Shown: one piece after another, positions 9,777-20,709 of the stretch
Layout of the letters: each line of letters begins with the position of its first letter
Position numbering within the stretch: the stretch's first letter is position 1
DNA from: a bacterium
GTDB lineage: Bacteria > Margulisbacteria > Marinamargulisbacteria > JABIPA01
Direction of reading: 5' to 3'
Assembly: GCA_018699495.1 (NCBI GenBank)
Contig: JABIQV010000001.1
Coordinates: 1-60,018 of the forward strand
Length of the DNA: 60,018 bases
Notes under the pieces: model-generated
The model's input: only the letters and a program-made list of their open reading frames with translations
Told to the model about the DNA's origin: nothing
The model's database searches: none
Program-made: the position numbers and the translations under genes

Positions 9777-10371
9777 ATCTTTCCAGTCTACACCATCCAA
9801 AAAAGTACGCGTTTATCCGTAAATGGTCCCCCTAAATTGATTCTATATAATGAATCTACATCTGCAATGTAAATGAAAGCGTAATCGCGGTTAAAAACTC
9901 CACACACCACTACCCGCCATCCCTCCTAAATATAAAACGAAAACAGGTCGTGAGTTTCGTGCCTTCAAAGAGAACATGTTGTTTTGAACGTATACCTCTA
10001 CCTTTCCCTTTTCAGCATCAACCAGATGTTACCCAGTAGATTATTAATCGACAGTCTTTATACTACAGACCCCTAGATATTCTGGTCTTTCTCGACAAAA
10101 GCCATAAAAAAATATCTCAACCATAGATATTTTTCCGTTATTTCTCGTTGATTGAGTGGGGTATTACACGTCTATCGAACCTATCTGAACACCTATACAT
10201 GGGGCCGAAATGAAATCCAGACGTAAACGTTTTAGAGCCAAGATCTGGAAAAGAAAGAGTGTCTCACATAACAGAATGTTAAATCCCTTCTATAAAAGCT
10301 CCCCGAATCCAAATTCAGGTAGCTATACATAAGCATAGGGAAGCAGCTATTTGATAATTTAATAGACCTAT

Positions 10372-11499
10372 TTAAAGCTTAATATATTTAAGAGGATTTA
10401 CTGGGTTTCCGTTTACCCGAATTTCAAAATGAAGATGCGGCCCCGTAGAATTTCCTGTACTTCCTACCCAGCCAATAACATCCCCCCTAGAAATATAGTC
10501 TCCTACTTTCACAAAGATTCGTGACTGGTGGGCATAAACCGTCGAATATCTTTTTTTTGCTTTGGTTCCATGGTCAATAATTGTAATTTTCCCGTACCCG
10601 TTATATTTCTTCTTTCTTCCAGCCACGATAACAATGCCCGACTCTGCTGCCTTAATTTTGTGCCCAGTAGGCGCCGCAAAATCGACACCTCTGTGTAAAA
10701 TGCGCCGCTTATAGATAGGATGCTTACGCCACCCAAAACTTGATGATAACCATCCCTTTACAGGCCTGATAAATTTTCCTTTTCCAAAAAACTGTGTTTT
10801 TCCTAAAGTCCCTTTAATAACCTCAGAAGCAATTGCTATAGATGCAACTCGTAATGCTTCATTCTTTTTCTCTATTTTTGAAATCTCACTTTCAAGAGAA
10901 CCGACAGTTTTCGTTTTTCTCTTTTTGGACCTTTTTAAGGCTTTCTCTTGTTTAGAGATACTTTTTGTCAATTTGTTAACGTTAGCTGTATAGTTTTCTA
11001 ATTTTTCCTTTTCCGCCTCGAGGAAATCATGTTGTTTCCGTACATTTTTCACTAAATCTGCATCGGATTCTAAAAGCCGCTTAAAAATATAGGACTCAAA
11101 CAAAGATGGCAACTCAGAATTAAGTAAAATCAATTCAAAAAACCCAAATGTTTTAGTTTTATATAGTTGAATAACCCTCTCTTCTAAGGCCTTCGTTTTT
11201 TCACTAAGCGATTTCTCTAAAGTTTTAATAGCCCTATTAGATTTTACTAATTTCCCTTTATTTTTTTTAAGCTTTTTTTTATTTTTGTTTTTCTGCAATT
11301 CAAGGTAACGTATTTCTTTATTTAACGATGAAATATCCCTTAACATCTTAGTCTTTTGGCTCTTCTTTTCCTTTATTTTTAGGTAATTTTTTTCTAAACT
11401 ATCCTTTATTTTAACAGGCGAATTTGTCTGACTTTGCGAGACGCCCGCAAACATCAAAGAAAAAATAATCAACCCAATTATTAATTTAATCCGATTCAT
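10372..11499 (-). CDS. M23 family murein hydrolase/activator with coiled coil (EnvC-like architecture)
   Basis: Signal peptide, long coiled coil, HRGVD, YAH and GPHLHFE motifs. Confidence 0.9.
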   Translation of the reverse strand: MNRIKLIIGLIIFSLMFAGVSQSQTNSPVKIKDSLEKNYLKIKEKKSQKTKMLRDISSLNKEIRYLELQKNKNKKKLKKNKGKLVKSNRAIKTLEKSLSEKTKALEERVIQLYKTKTFGFFELILLNSELPSLFESYIFKRLLESDADLVKNVRKQHDFLEAEKEKLENYTANVNKLTKSISKQEKALKRSKKRKTKTVGSLESEISKIEKKNEALRVASIAIASEVIKGTLGKTQFFGKGKFIRPVKGWLSSSFGWRKHPIYKRRILHRGVDFAAPTGHKIKAAESGIVIVAGRKKKYNGYGKITIIDHGTKAKKRYSTVYAHQSRIFVKVGDYISRGDVIGWVGSTGNSTGPHLHFEIRVNGNPVNPLKYIKL

Positions 11500-13283
11500 T
11501 TTAACTCCCGTAATATCTTCTCTGCCAAAACTTTCCCTATATTTCCAACGTTGGATACATCTTCAACACTAGCTACCTTCACCAATTCCACCGAACCAAA
11601 TGCTACAAACAAAGCATTAATTCTAGCGTTTCCAACCCCGGGTATGGCATGCAACCTAGAATGACCATATGACTTCGTACGTTTTAACCGCTGAAAATCA
11701 TTGGAAAACCGATGCGCTTCATCCCTTATATTTTGACAAATCCTTAATGCGGGACAGCCTTCGTTGAGTTTTAGTGGCTCGGAAAAATTCTCCATAAAAA
11801 GCTCTTCTTCTCGTTTCGCCAAACTAACCACTGGTAGAACAATACCCACATCTCGAACCGCACGCAACGCAGCGTTCAACTGAGGTTTTCCTCCGTCAAT
11901 AACCAACAGATCTGGTAATACTTGTTTTTTTTCAACACACCCCGAAACACGCCTAAATACAGCTTCATAAATAGACTTAGGGTCATTACTCTTGTCCTTA
12001 ACAGACCGAATAGTATACCTTCTATACAACGATTTGTAAGGCTTTCCAAACTTAAACGTTACGGCTGCGGCAACAATATTTTCGCCTTGGTGATGAGAAA
12101 TATCAAATCCGAATATTAATACAGGCAACGTATTTAACTTTAGTACTTTTCTCAACATATCAAGCCCAGCACCGATAGACCCTTTAGATTCAGACTCTTT
12201 TTCAATAACTTTCTGAATCGCGTATTCGGCATTTTTTTGAGCCAGCACAACCATCCTCTTTTTGGCACCTATTTTAGGACAATGGATGCTTATACGCTTA
12301 AATTCTTCCAAGTTTATTTTTAAAAATGCATTCAATAAATTTTCAGAACATATAATATCCTGAACCCCGGTTTGAATTTGAGAAAATTGCTGAAACACGA
12401 CGCTTTCCAAAGGATTTAATTTTTCGTCTTCCAAATCGTAAAACAATCCATACTGATTTGTTAACTTTCCATCGATAATAACCTGAGTCATGATGTACCG
12501 TTTCCCCCCACTGTCAACGCACGCCCATACCTGAGCATTTAAACTTTCTGTCAAAAACACATGCTGTTTTACATAGACCTTTTCAAGGTTACTAATTTTA
12601 TCTCTCAATTTAGCAGCTTTTTCAAAGTCCAACATATCCGCGGCTGTCTTCATTTTTTTTTGCATTTGATTAATTAAAATCCGACTCTTTCCAGAGAGAA
12701 GCATATCAACATCTTTTATTATATCTGTATATTCTGATTGAATATTTTTATACAAACATGGCCCAATACACCGACCTATATCTAACTTAATACATTTAGG
12801 TTGAATAGAAATTGCATCAATTTTTTGTTTACAGTCTCTAATAGGAAAAAATTCTTCTAGCAACTGAACAAACCGCCTAGAGGACCCGATAGAAGGAAAA
12901 GGCCCATAATAAGTCGCCCCATCTTTATATCGTCGGCGAGTAGAGATAACTCGTGGAAATGGTTCATTCGTAATTTTAATAAATGGATATGATTTATCGT
13001 CTTTGAGACTGATATTATATTTTGGTTGATTGTCTTTAATTAATTGGGATTCAAGAACAAAGGCTTCATACTCTGACGATGTAATTATTGTATCAAAATC
13101 TGTAATCAAGGAAACTAAGGCTCGTGTTTTGGGATGAAAATTTGAAGAGGATAAAAAGTAACTGGATACACGCTTTTTTAAATTTTTAGCCTTCCCGATG
13201 TAAAGGATCGTTCCTTTTCTATCTAGCATTTTATAAACACCAGGTAAATCGGGAAGGCTTTTAATTCTGTCTTTTAGACTAAT
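11496..13283 (-). CDS. uvrC: Excinuclease ABC subunit C; the frame extends upstream of ATG 13229, probable ATT start at 13283
   Basis: YIGKAKNLKKRV, QPKYN, FDISH, DGGKPQ, IRDEAHRF, HhH. The conserved LPDLPGVYKM segment lies upstream of the first ATG. Confidence 0.95.
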   Translation of the reverse strand: MSLKDRIKSLPDLPGVYKMLDRKGTILYIGKAKNLKKRVSSYFLSSSNFHPKTRALVSLITDFDTIITSSEYEAFVLESQLIKDNQPKYNISLKDDKSYPFIKITNEPFPRVISTRRRYKDGATYYGPFPSIGSSRRFVQLLEEFFPIRDCKQKIDAISIQPKCIKLDIGRCIGPCLYKNIQSEYTDIIKDVDMLLSGKSRILINQMQKKMKTAADMLDFEKAAKLRDKISNLEKVYVKQHVFLTESLNAQVWACVDSGGKRYIMTQVIIDGKLTNQYGLFYDLEDEKLNPLESVVFQQFSQIQTGVQDIICSENLLNAFLKINLEEFKRISIHCPKIGAKKRMVVLAQKNAEYAIQKVIEKESESKGSIGAGLDMLRKVLKLNTLPVLIFGFDISHHQGENIVAAAVTFKFGKPYKSLYRRYTIRSVKDKSNDPKSIYEAVFRRVSGCVEKKQVLPDLLVIDGGKPQLNAALRAVRDVGIVLPVVSLAKREEELFMENFSEPLKLNEGCPALRICQNIRDEAHRFSNDFQRLKRTKSYGHSRLHAIPGVGNARINALFVAFGSVELVKVASVEDVSNVGNIGKVLAEKILRELK

Positions 13284-13308
13284 TTTTTGTTTCTACCTTG
13301 TTGGAAAA

Positions 13309-13770
13309 CTAATCTTTTGCACTTACTTTTATAGTAATTGTGCACGTTATATCTTCGGGTAAAATCACGGGAACTTTAAATTCACCAGTTTCTTTTATTG
13401 GAGATTTTAGCTGAATATATTTTTTATCAACCTCTAAATCTAAATCAATTCTAATTAGACTTTGAATATCTCCAACTCCAACAGACCCGTATAATTTACC
13501 GCCATCGTGAGCTGTTTGAGAGGTAGAAAGCGTTTTGTTATCAAGTGCTTTCCCTAACTCTTCCGCTGCTTTTTTCTCATTTATTTTTCTATGCTCTTCT
13601 CGTTTAATAAGGCCACTCGTCAATGACAAGTTTTCTTTAGTAACCGTAAGTGCATAACCTTGAGGAACGAGATAATTTCTTGCAAACCCAAGTTTCACAT
13701 TCTTCATCTGTCCTAATTTCGCGTTACCTTTAAGATCTTTTACAAAAACTACTTTTACTTCTTTAGCCAT
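13309..13770 (-). CDS. rplI: 50S ribosomal protein L9
   Basis: VKLGFARNYLVPQG, GKLYGSV, PIKETG. Confidence 0.96.
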   Translation of the reverse strand: MAKEVKVVFVKDLKGNAKLGQMKNVKLGFARNYLVPQGYALTVTKENLSLTSGLIKREEHRKINEKKAAEELGKALDNKTLSTSQTAHDGGKLYGSVGVGDIQSLIRIDLDLEVDKKYIQLKSPIKETGEFKVPVILPEDITCTITIKVSAKD

Positions 13771-13782
13771 TATATATCTCCT

Positions 13783-14031
13783 CTAATCAACGCAAAATGG
13801 AATCAACGACATAAAACGTGCGCGTTTTATCGCAATTGCTAACTTTCGCTGATGTTTTGCACATACGCCTGAATTACGCTTCGGTACTATTTTACCTCGG
13901 TCTGTAACCAATCGTTTATATCCGAATGTGTCTTTGTAATCAATTATGTCTTTTTTATCCGCGCAAAACTGACATACTTTACGTCTTCTTTTTCTTCTCT
14001 TTATCTGAACCGGACTTTTATTTTCTACCAT
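13783..14031 (-). CDS. rpsR: 30S ribosomal protein S18 (Zn-binding C+ form); start ATG 14031
   Basis: CQFC, IDYKD, RGKI, CAKHQRKLAIAIKRAR. Confidence 0.97.
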   Translation of the reverse strand: MVENKSPVQIKRRKRRRKVCQFCADKKDIIDYKDTFGYKRLVTDRGKIVPKRNSGVCAKHQRKLAIAIKRARFMSLIPFCVD

Positions 14032-14091
14032 CGAATCTCCTTTCAACTTTCTCAAGCTGAGTTTCTAATTTATATTTTTCACAGTGTACTA

Positions 14092-14448
14092 TCAAGAGAA
14101 CTGCGCCTCTGCCGGAATATCCATATGTTGTTCAGCATTTCTACTATCTAACATTTGTAAATTGTCAGCAATTATTTCTGCCGAGCTAATTTTTTCCCCA
14201 TCTTTTTCGTAAGAACTAAATTGCAATCGACCTTCTATAGCAACCAGTTTTCCCTTTTTAAGATACTCACCACAAATTTCAGCCAACCGCCTCCACGCGA
14301 CAATTCTTAAAAAATCCGCACTATTTGCTTCTGACTTCTTAAACCGATTTACCGCAATAGTAAATCGAGTAACTGTAATTCCAGACAACGTAACTCTCAT
14401 ATCAGGGTCTTTCACGAGTCTTCCAATTAAAAATGCTTTGTTATACAT
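14092..14448 (-). CDS. ssb: Single-stranded DNA-binding protein, short paralogue without the IPF tail
   Basis: NKAFLIGRLVKDP, AWRRLAEICGEYLKKGKLVAIEGRL. Confidence 0.9.
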   Translation of the reverse strand: MYNKAFLIGRLVKDPDMRVTLSGITVTRFTIAVNRFKKSEANSADFLRIVAWRRLAEICGEYLKKGKLVAIEGRLQFSSYEKDGEKISSAEIIADNLQMLDSRNAEQHMDIPAEAQFS

Positions 14449-14463
14449 AATAATACTTTCCCT

Positions 14464-15054
14464 TTAAAATGGAATATTTTCTTCTTCAGCCGAAAATTCT
14501 TCCGAAAATGAATTTGAATTGTCTTCAAAACTAAAGTCAGATTCACTCACTTTTTCAACCGTCGCTTCTTCTAAAGACGATGTCGCAACAGGGTGAACAG
14601 GCTGAGTTAAATTTACAGATTCTGTATTAACAGGTTGTTCGGTTTGAGCAGGTTGCTTCACAACATTATCCTGAAAACCCTGCCCAAAAGGAGCATCATT
14701 CACCTGATTAGCCAATGGATCATCAATAGAAATAGATGGAGATGAAATTAAACGAACCTCTCTTCCCTCTACTTCCGTTACCCACTTTCTCTTTCCTTCT
14801 GGGGTATCAAACGTGCGCGTTGCAATATTACCTTCTACCAACACAACATCATTTTCTTTTAAGCTTTGATTTTGCTCCGCCAACTGCCTCCACAAAACAA
14901 CTGTAATAAAGTCGTACCCTGTTTCAGCACCCTCTCTCGAAGGCCTATCAACTTTTAAACGAACACGCAGCATTCCGTCTCCCGAATTTGTTGATTTCAA
15001 TTCAGGACGACTATCTACGCTCCCAACTAATACTATACGATTAAGACTCGACAT
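14464..15054 (-). CDS. ssb: Single-stranded DNA-binding protein, long paralogue with acidic tail; start ATG 15054
   Basis: LNRIVLVG, LWRQLAE, VEGNIATRTFD, C-terminal EEENIPF. Confidence 0.9.
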   Translation of the reverse strand: MSSLNRIVLVGSVDSRPELKSTNSGDGMLRVRLKVDRPSREGAETGYDFITVVLWRQLAEQNQSLKENDVVLVEGNIATRTFDTPEGKRKWVTEVEGREVRLISSPSISIDDPLANQVNDAPFGQGFQDNVVKQPAQTEQPVNTESVNLTQPVHPVATSSLEEATVEKVSESDFSFEDNSNSFSEEFSAEEENIPF

Positions 15055-15370
15055 CCTCTGTCTTTTCTTTTTTTGATGATCGTACTGATTCAATTTTCAC
15101 GGTCATATGTCGAAGAAAGTTTTCGTTAACTTTCATTCGGTGATTCATTTCGTCTAAGGCTTCGTTCCCACTTTGAAACTCAACTAACCAGTAACGTCCT
15201 CTATCTCCAATTAGACATGTTTTAGTTAATTCTTTTTCTCCCATGTCCTCAAACTTCAAGATTGATCCACCAAAATTAGTAACCCATCCTTTAAAGTCTT
15301 CCGTCAATTTTTGATATTTTTCTTCACCAAGATTTGGCTTCAAAATTAACATAGTTTCGTATTCTCTCAT
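15041..15370 (-). CDS. rpsF: 30S ribosomal protein S6
   Basis: MREYETMLILKP, position in the rpsF-ssb-rpsR-rplI operon, RBS AGGAG. Confidence 0.95.
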   Translation of the reverse strand: MREYETMLILKPNLGEEKYQKLTEDFKGWVTNFGGSILKFEDMGEKELTKTCLIGDRGRYWLVEFQSGNEALDEMNHRMKVNENFLRHMTVKIESVRSSKKEKTEDVES

Positions 15371-15545
15371 CGTTGTCTCCTGACGTTATATTTCAATTTC
15401 AAGTCTTAACCCAAAGTACAATTACCTCAGTGTAATTCTACATACAATTAGCGACAGATTACTATATCATATCAATTTATTGTTTAAAAGAGTTGGTGAT
15501 GACTTCCGATTTCAACAGCCACACTGTATACTTCATGAACACATT

Positions 15546-16583
15546 ATGGAATCTAGAATTGTATCATCAGAATCGAGCCTCGAAGATAAAAAAGAAAAAA
15601 GCCTTCGCCCGAGGTTATTAGAAAATTTTATTGGGCAACCAAGATTAAAAGAAAACCTATCCGTTTATATCCAAGCTGCAAAGGTTCGAGAAGAGCAAGT
15701 AGAACATATTCTTTTTTACGGCCCTCCGGGATTGGGAAAAACAACACTCGCAGCTGTCGTCGCAACCGAAATGCAAGTAAACTTTAAGCCGACATCAGGG
15801 CCCGCCATTGAACGGCCTGGCGATTTGGCTTCAATTTTAACAAATCTCGAAAAAGGTGACATTTTATTTATTGACGAAATTCATCGATTAAATAGGAGTG
15901 TTGAAGAAGTCCTTTATTCTGCCATGGAAGATTTTGAATTAGATATTATTATTGGGAAAGGCCCGTCTGCTCGTTCCATCCGGCTTGATCTACAACCATT
16001 CACATTAATTGGCGCGACAACACGTGCTGGCTTATTAACAGCCCCGCTTAGAGATCGTTTTGGCATTATTGAACAATTAGAATTTTATTCGGTCACTGAA
16101 TTAAGTGATGTCATTTCTAGGGCTTCCGCTATTTTAGGTACAAAAATTCAAGAGAAAGCTGTTCATGAGATTGGATTACGGTCTCGCGGAACGCCCCGAA
16201 TAGCCAACCGACTCTTGAAGCGTGTCCGCGATTGGGCTCAAATTAAAGGGACCGGAGATATTACAAATGATATTGTTTCCAGCTCTCTTACACAACTAGG
16301 AATTGATGCCATGGGCCTAGACAATGCTGACAGAAAATACCTTAATAGTATTATCAAAAAATTTAGAGGGGGACCTGTAGGTGTCGAAACAATCGCGGCT
16401 TGTCTCTCTGAGGAAGTTGAAACTGTTGAAGATATTTATGAACCATATATGCTTCAGTTAGGATTTATTGAACGAACCCCTAGAGGTCGAATTGTGACAA
16501 TGCACGGGTATAAACATCTTAATATTCCATATTCTGACCTAAAAAAAGACGAAGAGACTATCGAGCGACCCTCTCTATTTTAA
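15546..16583 (+). CDS. ruvB: Holliday junction helicase RuvB; probable start ATG 15546
   Basis: [40 protein letters not shown]. Confidence 0.98.
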   Translation: MESRIVSSESSLEDKKEKSLRPRLLENFIGQPRLKENLSVYIQAAKVREEQVEHILFYGPPGLGKTTLAAVVATEMQVNFKPTSGPAIERPGDLASILTNLEKGDILFIDEIHRLNRSVEEVLYSAMEDFELDIIIGKGPSARSIRLDLQPFTLIGATTRAGLLTAPLRDRFGIIEQLEFYSVTELSDVISRASAILGTKIQEKAVHEIGLRSRGTPRIANRLLKRVRDWAQIKGTGDITNDIVSSSLTQLGIDAMGLDNADRKYLNSIIKKFRGGPVGVETIAACLSEEVETVEDIYEPYMLQLGFIERTPRGRIVTMHGYKHLNIPYSDLKKDEETIERPSLF

Positions 16584-16613
16584 GAGCGTCGCAAAAGCCG
16601 AAAGGATTAAAAC

Positions 16614-17201
16614 ATGACAAAAAGAACCGCTACAATAAAAAGAGAAACTAAGGAAACAGCTATTCATCTAAAGTTAACATTAGATGGCGCTGGCCAATCA
16701 ACGCTTAAAACAGACATCCCTTTTTTGGACCACATGTTAGATTTATTTTGTGTTCATGGAAATTTTGATCTTGACCTCTCCTTAAAAGGAGACATCGACA
16801 TTGACTATCACCATTCGGTTGAAGATGTTGGGATTTGTCTTGGCAAAGCCTTTCACACCGCTCTTGGAAATTTTAAAGGAATACAAAGATACAGCTCAGG
16901 GTTAACGCCTATGGACGAATCCTTAAGTCAAATAGCTATCGATATCTCTAATAGACCTTTTTTAGCCTTTGAGGCTGATTTTCCTAAGTCGAAAATAGGT
17001 ACATTTGATGTAGAACTGGTTGAAGAATTTTTTAATGCCTTTGCCATCAATTCAAAGATTTCGTTGCATATTAAAGTTTTAGAGGGAACAAATTTGCACC
17101 ATATGGTTGAATCTTGTTTTAAAGGGTTTGGCCGACTCCTTGATGAGGCTAGTCGCTTAACAGGGTCATCAAAAATTCCTTCATCAAAGGGATTATTATA
17201 A
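16614..17201 (+). CDS. hisB: Imidazoleglycerol-phosphate dehydratase
   Basis: RETKET, FLDHML, HHSVED, PMDES, NLHHMVE, PSSKG. Confidence 0.97.
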   Translation: MTKRTATIKRETKETAIHLKLTLDGAGQSTLKTDIPFLDHMLDLFCVHGNFDLDLSLKGDIDIDYHHSVEDVGICLGKAFHTALGNFKGIQRYSSGLTPMDESLSQIAIDISNRPFLAFEADFPKSKIGTFDVELVEEFFNAFAINSKISLHIKVLEGTNLHHMVESCFKGFGRLLDEASRLTGSSKIPSSKGLL

Positions 17202-17405
17202 GGCTCGGATTGGGAGTTGTTCTATAAATTCATAAGATTATCTATCGAGTAACATTTTCTTATCTATACCGTTTTGTATGATATTCCAAAATCAATCTGG
17301 AAACGTTGTACCTCCCGATCCTCCTTTTTGAAGACCCTCTTTTAACGTATTTTCACGGCTCCCAGTCATTGTTAAATCATTTAGATTTATATAGAATATT
17401 ACACT

Positions 17406-19463
17406 ATGAATATAAATAAAAAAATCAATGAGAAAAAAAATAACCCAAAAGAATGGCGTAACGTTATTCTTTATATTATTGTCGGATTATTAACAATTTC
17501 AGTTGTCTCTACATTTTTTGGAGATGCGAACGCAAGTATTACAAAATCCTTTTCTGAATTTTCGTCTGATTTAGAAAAAGGTCAAATTAAAGAAGTCAAA
17601 CTTCGTCCTAGTGACCACCTAATTTTAGGGACAACTTCTAATGATGAGCATTTCAAAACCTACTATGTAAATTATCCCGGTTTTATCGAAGACCTTCAGT
17701 CAAACAATGTAGAAATCATAGTAAATCCTGTTGAATCCGGAAGGATGTGGGGCGTTTTCATCCAAGCGTTCTTGCCCTTTATCTTGATCGGCTTTTTATG
17801 GTTTTTTATTTTTAGGCAGGCTCAAGGTGCAAATAGCCAAGCCATGTCCTTTGGAAAAACACGCGCCATGCCCTGGAAAAAAGAAAACAAAGATAAATCA
17901 GTAACATTTAAGGATGTCGCTGGTGTAAACGAGGCTGTAGAAGAACTTGGTGAAATTGTAGAGTTTTTAAAAAACTCTGAAAAATATAAAGCATTGGGAG
18001 CAAAAATCCCTAAAGGAGCCCTTCTTATGGGTCCTCCAGGAACTGGGAAAACACTTTTAGCTAAAGCCGTTGCAGGAGAGGCTGATGTTCCATTTTTCAG
18101 TCTATCGGGGTCAGATTTTGTTGAAATGTTTGTTGGGGTTGGAGCCTCTAGAGTTCGTGATTTGTTTAAGCAAGCTTCAAAAAATGCCCCTGCTATCATA
18201 TTTGTAGACGAGATTGACGCTGTCGGGCGTCATCGAGGTGCCGGAATGGGTGGTGGTCATGATGAACGCGAACAAACGCTTAACCAACTTTTAGTTGAAA
18301 TGGACGGGTTTAATCCGTCAAATACGGTAATCGTTCTTGCCGCTACTAATCGCCCAGACATTCTTGATCCAGCTCTTTTGAGACCAGGTCGGTTCGATCG
18401 ACAAATTACTGTTGATAAACCAGACGTAACAGGACGGTTAGCTATTTTAAACATACATGCAAAAGGGAAAACCTTTGATTCAAATATAGACTTAGAAGTC
18501 GTGGCAAAACGAACCTCTGGGTTTACAGGTGCAGATCTTGCCAATTTATTAAACGAAGCAGCCCTTCTTACTGCTCGAAAAAACAATAAAAAAGTGCACC
18601 TCGAAGAAATTGAAGAATCCATTGATAGAGTTATTGCCGGCCCTGAAAGAAAATCACGAATTATCTCTGATAAAGAAAAAGAAACAGTCGCGTATCATGA
18701 AGTTGGTCATGCATTAGTTGCAAAAAAGATACCTGATGCTGACCCTGTTCATAAAATAAGTATTCTTCCCAGGGGTCGTGCTCTTGGGTACACTCTTCAA
18801 TTGCCAGTCCAAGACAAACATCTCCATAGTAGAGAAGAGATTAAAAATGAAATTCAAATCTTACTAGGCGGTCGAATTGCTGAAGAGATGATATTCAATT
18901 CCATTACATCAGGGGCATCTAATGATATAGAGAGAATTACCGCTCTCGCAAAGGATTATGTATGTAAATATGGAATGTCAGAAAATTTGGGGACTCGGGT
19001 TTATGGAAAAAGTAGTAGCCATGTATTCTTAGCAAAAAGTTATGGAGACGATACCAAGGATTACTCAGAAGAGACGGCTAGGGAAATTGACTTGGAAATT
19101 AATAAGTTAATAAAAGAAGGATACCAAAGTGCCTCAGAAATTCTTAAAAATCATAAAACTGACTTAATAAATGTTGCGACAGTCTTAATGGAACGAGAAG
19201 TCTTAGATGGAAATGAATTTCAACTCATCCTTGATGGCAAAACGTTAGAGCCTTTACTAAAAGCAACGGTTAAAAAAGAAAAACAATCTGAAAAAAGCGC
19301 CTCAGGGGCTCCGTCTAAAGGCACGCTAGAAAAGCCTGCTAAAAATCAGCCGCAGCAAAGCTCTCAGCCGAATGAGTCGATAAAGCCTACAACGCAATCT
19401 GACAAGACCTCGGAGGGTTCTCCAGCAATAGAAAGTGACGACGCATCAAACTCTGTTGAGTGA
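17406..19463 (+). CDS. ftsH: ATP-dependent zinc metalloprotease FtsH
   Basis: Two TMs, [26 protein letters not shown]; low-complexity C-terminal tail. Confidence 0.98.
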   Translation: MNINKKINEKKNNPKEWRNVILYIIVGLLTISVVSTFFGDANASITKSFSEFSSDLEKGQIKEVKLRPSDHLILGTTSNDEHFKTYYVNYPGFIEDLQSNNVEIIVNPVESGRMWGVFIQAFLPFILIGFLWFFIFRQAQGANSQAMSFGKTRAMPWKKENKDKSVTFKDVAGVNEAVEELGEIVEFLKNSEKYKALGAKIPKGALLMGPPGTGKTLLAKAVAGEADVPFFSLSGSDFVEMFVGVGASRVRDLFKQASKNAPAIIFVDEIDAVGRHRGAGMGGGHDEREQTLNQLLVEMDGFNPSNTVIVLAATNRPDILDPALLRPGRFDRQITVDKPDVTGRLAILNIHAKGKTFDSNIDLEVVAKRTSGFTGADLANLLNEAALLTARKNNKKVHLEEIEESIDRVIAGPERKSRIISDKEKETVAYHEVGHALVAKKIPDADPVHKISILPRGRALGYTLQLPVQDKHLHSREEIKNEIQILLGGRIAEEMIFNSITSGASNDIERITALAKDYVCKYGMSENLGTRVYGKSSSHVFLAKSYGDDTKDYSEETAREIDLEINKLIKEGYQSASEILKNHKTDLINVATVLMEREVLDGNEFQLILDGKTLEPLLKATVKKEKQSEKSASGAPSKGTLEKPAKNQPQQSSQPNESIKPTTQSDKTSEGSPAIESDDASNSVE

Positions 19464-19653
19464 TTGAACACATAGAACTATATCGCTTGTGCAGTGCTAT
19501 GTTCAACAACGGGAAATTTTTTACTGAATGACCGAAGTGACATAGACAAGATTCAAACTAATTCGTTTAAGCCACAGAATTAGTAAAAAAAGAGTCTATT
19601 TAGTTATGGAAGCTCAGTTAACTCTCTGAGATATTTTAAATAAGTTTATTACT

Positions 19654-19730
19654 CGGAGCGTGGCGCAGCCTGGTAGCGCACTAGTCTGGGGGACTAGGGG
19701 TCGCTGGTTCAAATCCAGTCGCTCCGACCA
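19654..19730 (+). tRNA. tRNA-Pro(GGG)
   Basis: CGGAGCG...CTAGT CT GGG GG ACTAG...GGTTCAAATCC...CGCTCCGACCA; full cloverleaf with encoded CCA. Confidence 0.97.
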
Positions 19731-19758
19731 AAGTAAACGAATAAGAAAGGGCCATTAA

Positions 19759-20694
19759 TTGAGATTTTCTTCGACCAATTTTTTTTCATTGGTAATTATG
19801 AGACCAAACGGACGATCTCTTATTAATTTAAGAATCTCTGGAAATATCATCATTTCTATACTTTCTCTTTTTTTGATTACCTCAATAGCAATTGGAACGA
19901 CTCTCTATTTTTCGATGAATGCGGGATTTAAATTAAAGGCTTACGAATCACTAAAAAACAAATATGATTCGCAATCGATTGCGCTTGATCAATATAATCT
20001 TCAAATTAGAGACCTGTCCGATGAAATCAGTCTCCTCCAAGATAAAGAACTTGAAATAAGGTCCCTTCTTGGAGAAAGAGTTAAAAAAAAAAATAAAAAA
20101 ATAAGTGCCTCCAAAAACGGAATCAGTTTGACCACGGAATTAGGCGCTACCCCAAAACAAAAAAGCAACCAAATTCAAACAAACATTGTCAAACTTGAAT
20201 CTCACATATCCTCACTAAAAAGCAGTCTATCTGGCTTATCTCAAAAAACCACTCAATACAAACATCGATTCGCATCAACACCATCTATTTGGCCAGTATT
20301 TGGTCGAATCAGATCCCATTTTGGATGGAGAAATCACCCTATCACAAAAAAAAGAACCCAACATAAAGGAATTGACATCCCGTCCTGGCAAGGGGCTCCC
20401 ATTCGGGCCACGGCTGACGGTGTTGTGACATATGCTGGATGGTCCAAAACATACGGATATTTAACTATCATCGATCACAAATATGGCTATATGACGATCT
20501 ACGCGCATTCATCTCGTCTTCTTGTTGAAAAAGGAGAGTTTGTGAAAAAAGGCAGGCATATTGCTCAAATTGGTTCAACAGGACTTTCTACAGGGTCCCA
20601 CCTTCACTATGAAATACGACGATGGAGAAAAGCGATCCCACCTAAGGCATATTTAGACCTGGATATGTTTACAGCAAGTAACAGAATGTGGTAA
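19759..20694 (+). CDS. Membrane-anchored M23 endopeptidase (Csd1-like architecture)
   Basis: N-terminal TM, coiled coil, TPSIWPV, HKGID, YAH, HLHYE. Confidence 0.9.
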   Translation: MRFSSTNFFSLVIMRPNGRSLINLRISGNIIISILSLFLITSIAIGTTLYFSMNAGFKLKAYESLKNKYDSQSIALDQYNLQIRDLSDEISLLQDKELEIRSLLGERVKKKNKKISASKNGISLTTELGATPKQKSNQIQTNIVKLESHISSLKSSLSGLSQKTTQYKHRFASTPSIWPVFGRIRSHFGWRNHPITKKRTQHKGIDIPSWQGAPIRATADGVVTYAGWSKTYGYLTIIDHKYGYMTIYAHSSRLLVEKGEFVKKGRHIAQIGSTGLSTGSHLHYEIRRWRKAIPPKAYLDLDMFTASNRMW

Positions 20695-20709
20695 TTTTTA
20701 AGCTTAGTT

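Noticed and set aside
10201-10240. GGGGCCGAAATG... resembles a tmRNA 5' end, and GTTTTAGAGC resembles the start of a type II CRISPR repeat
   Set aside because: No GG..TTCGAC element or matching T-arm/CCA 3' end is present; the repeat-like 10-mer is not arrayed and there are no cas genes.
19654-19760. tRNA genes as island integration sites
   Set aside because: No integrase or duplicated tRNA 3' end is found near any of the four tRNAs.
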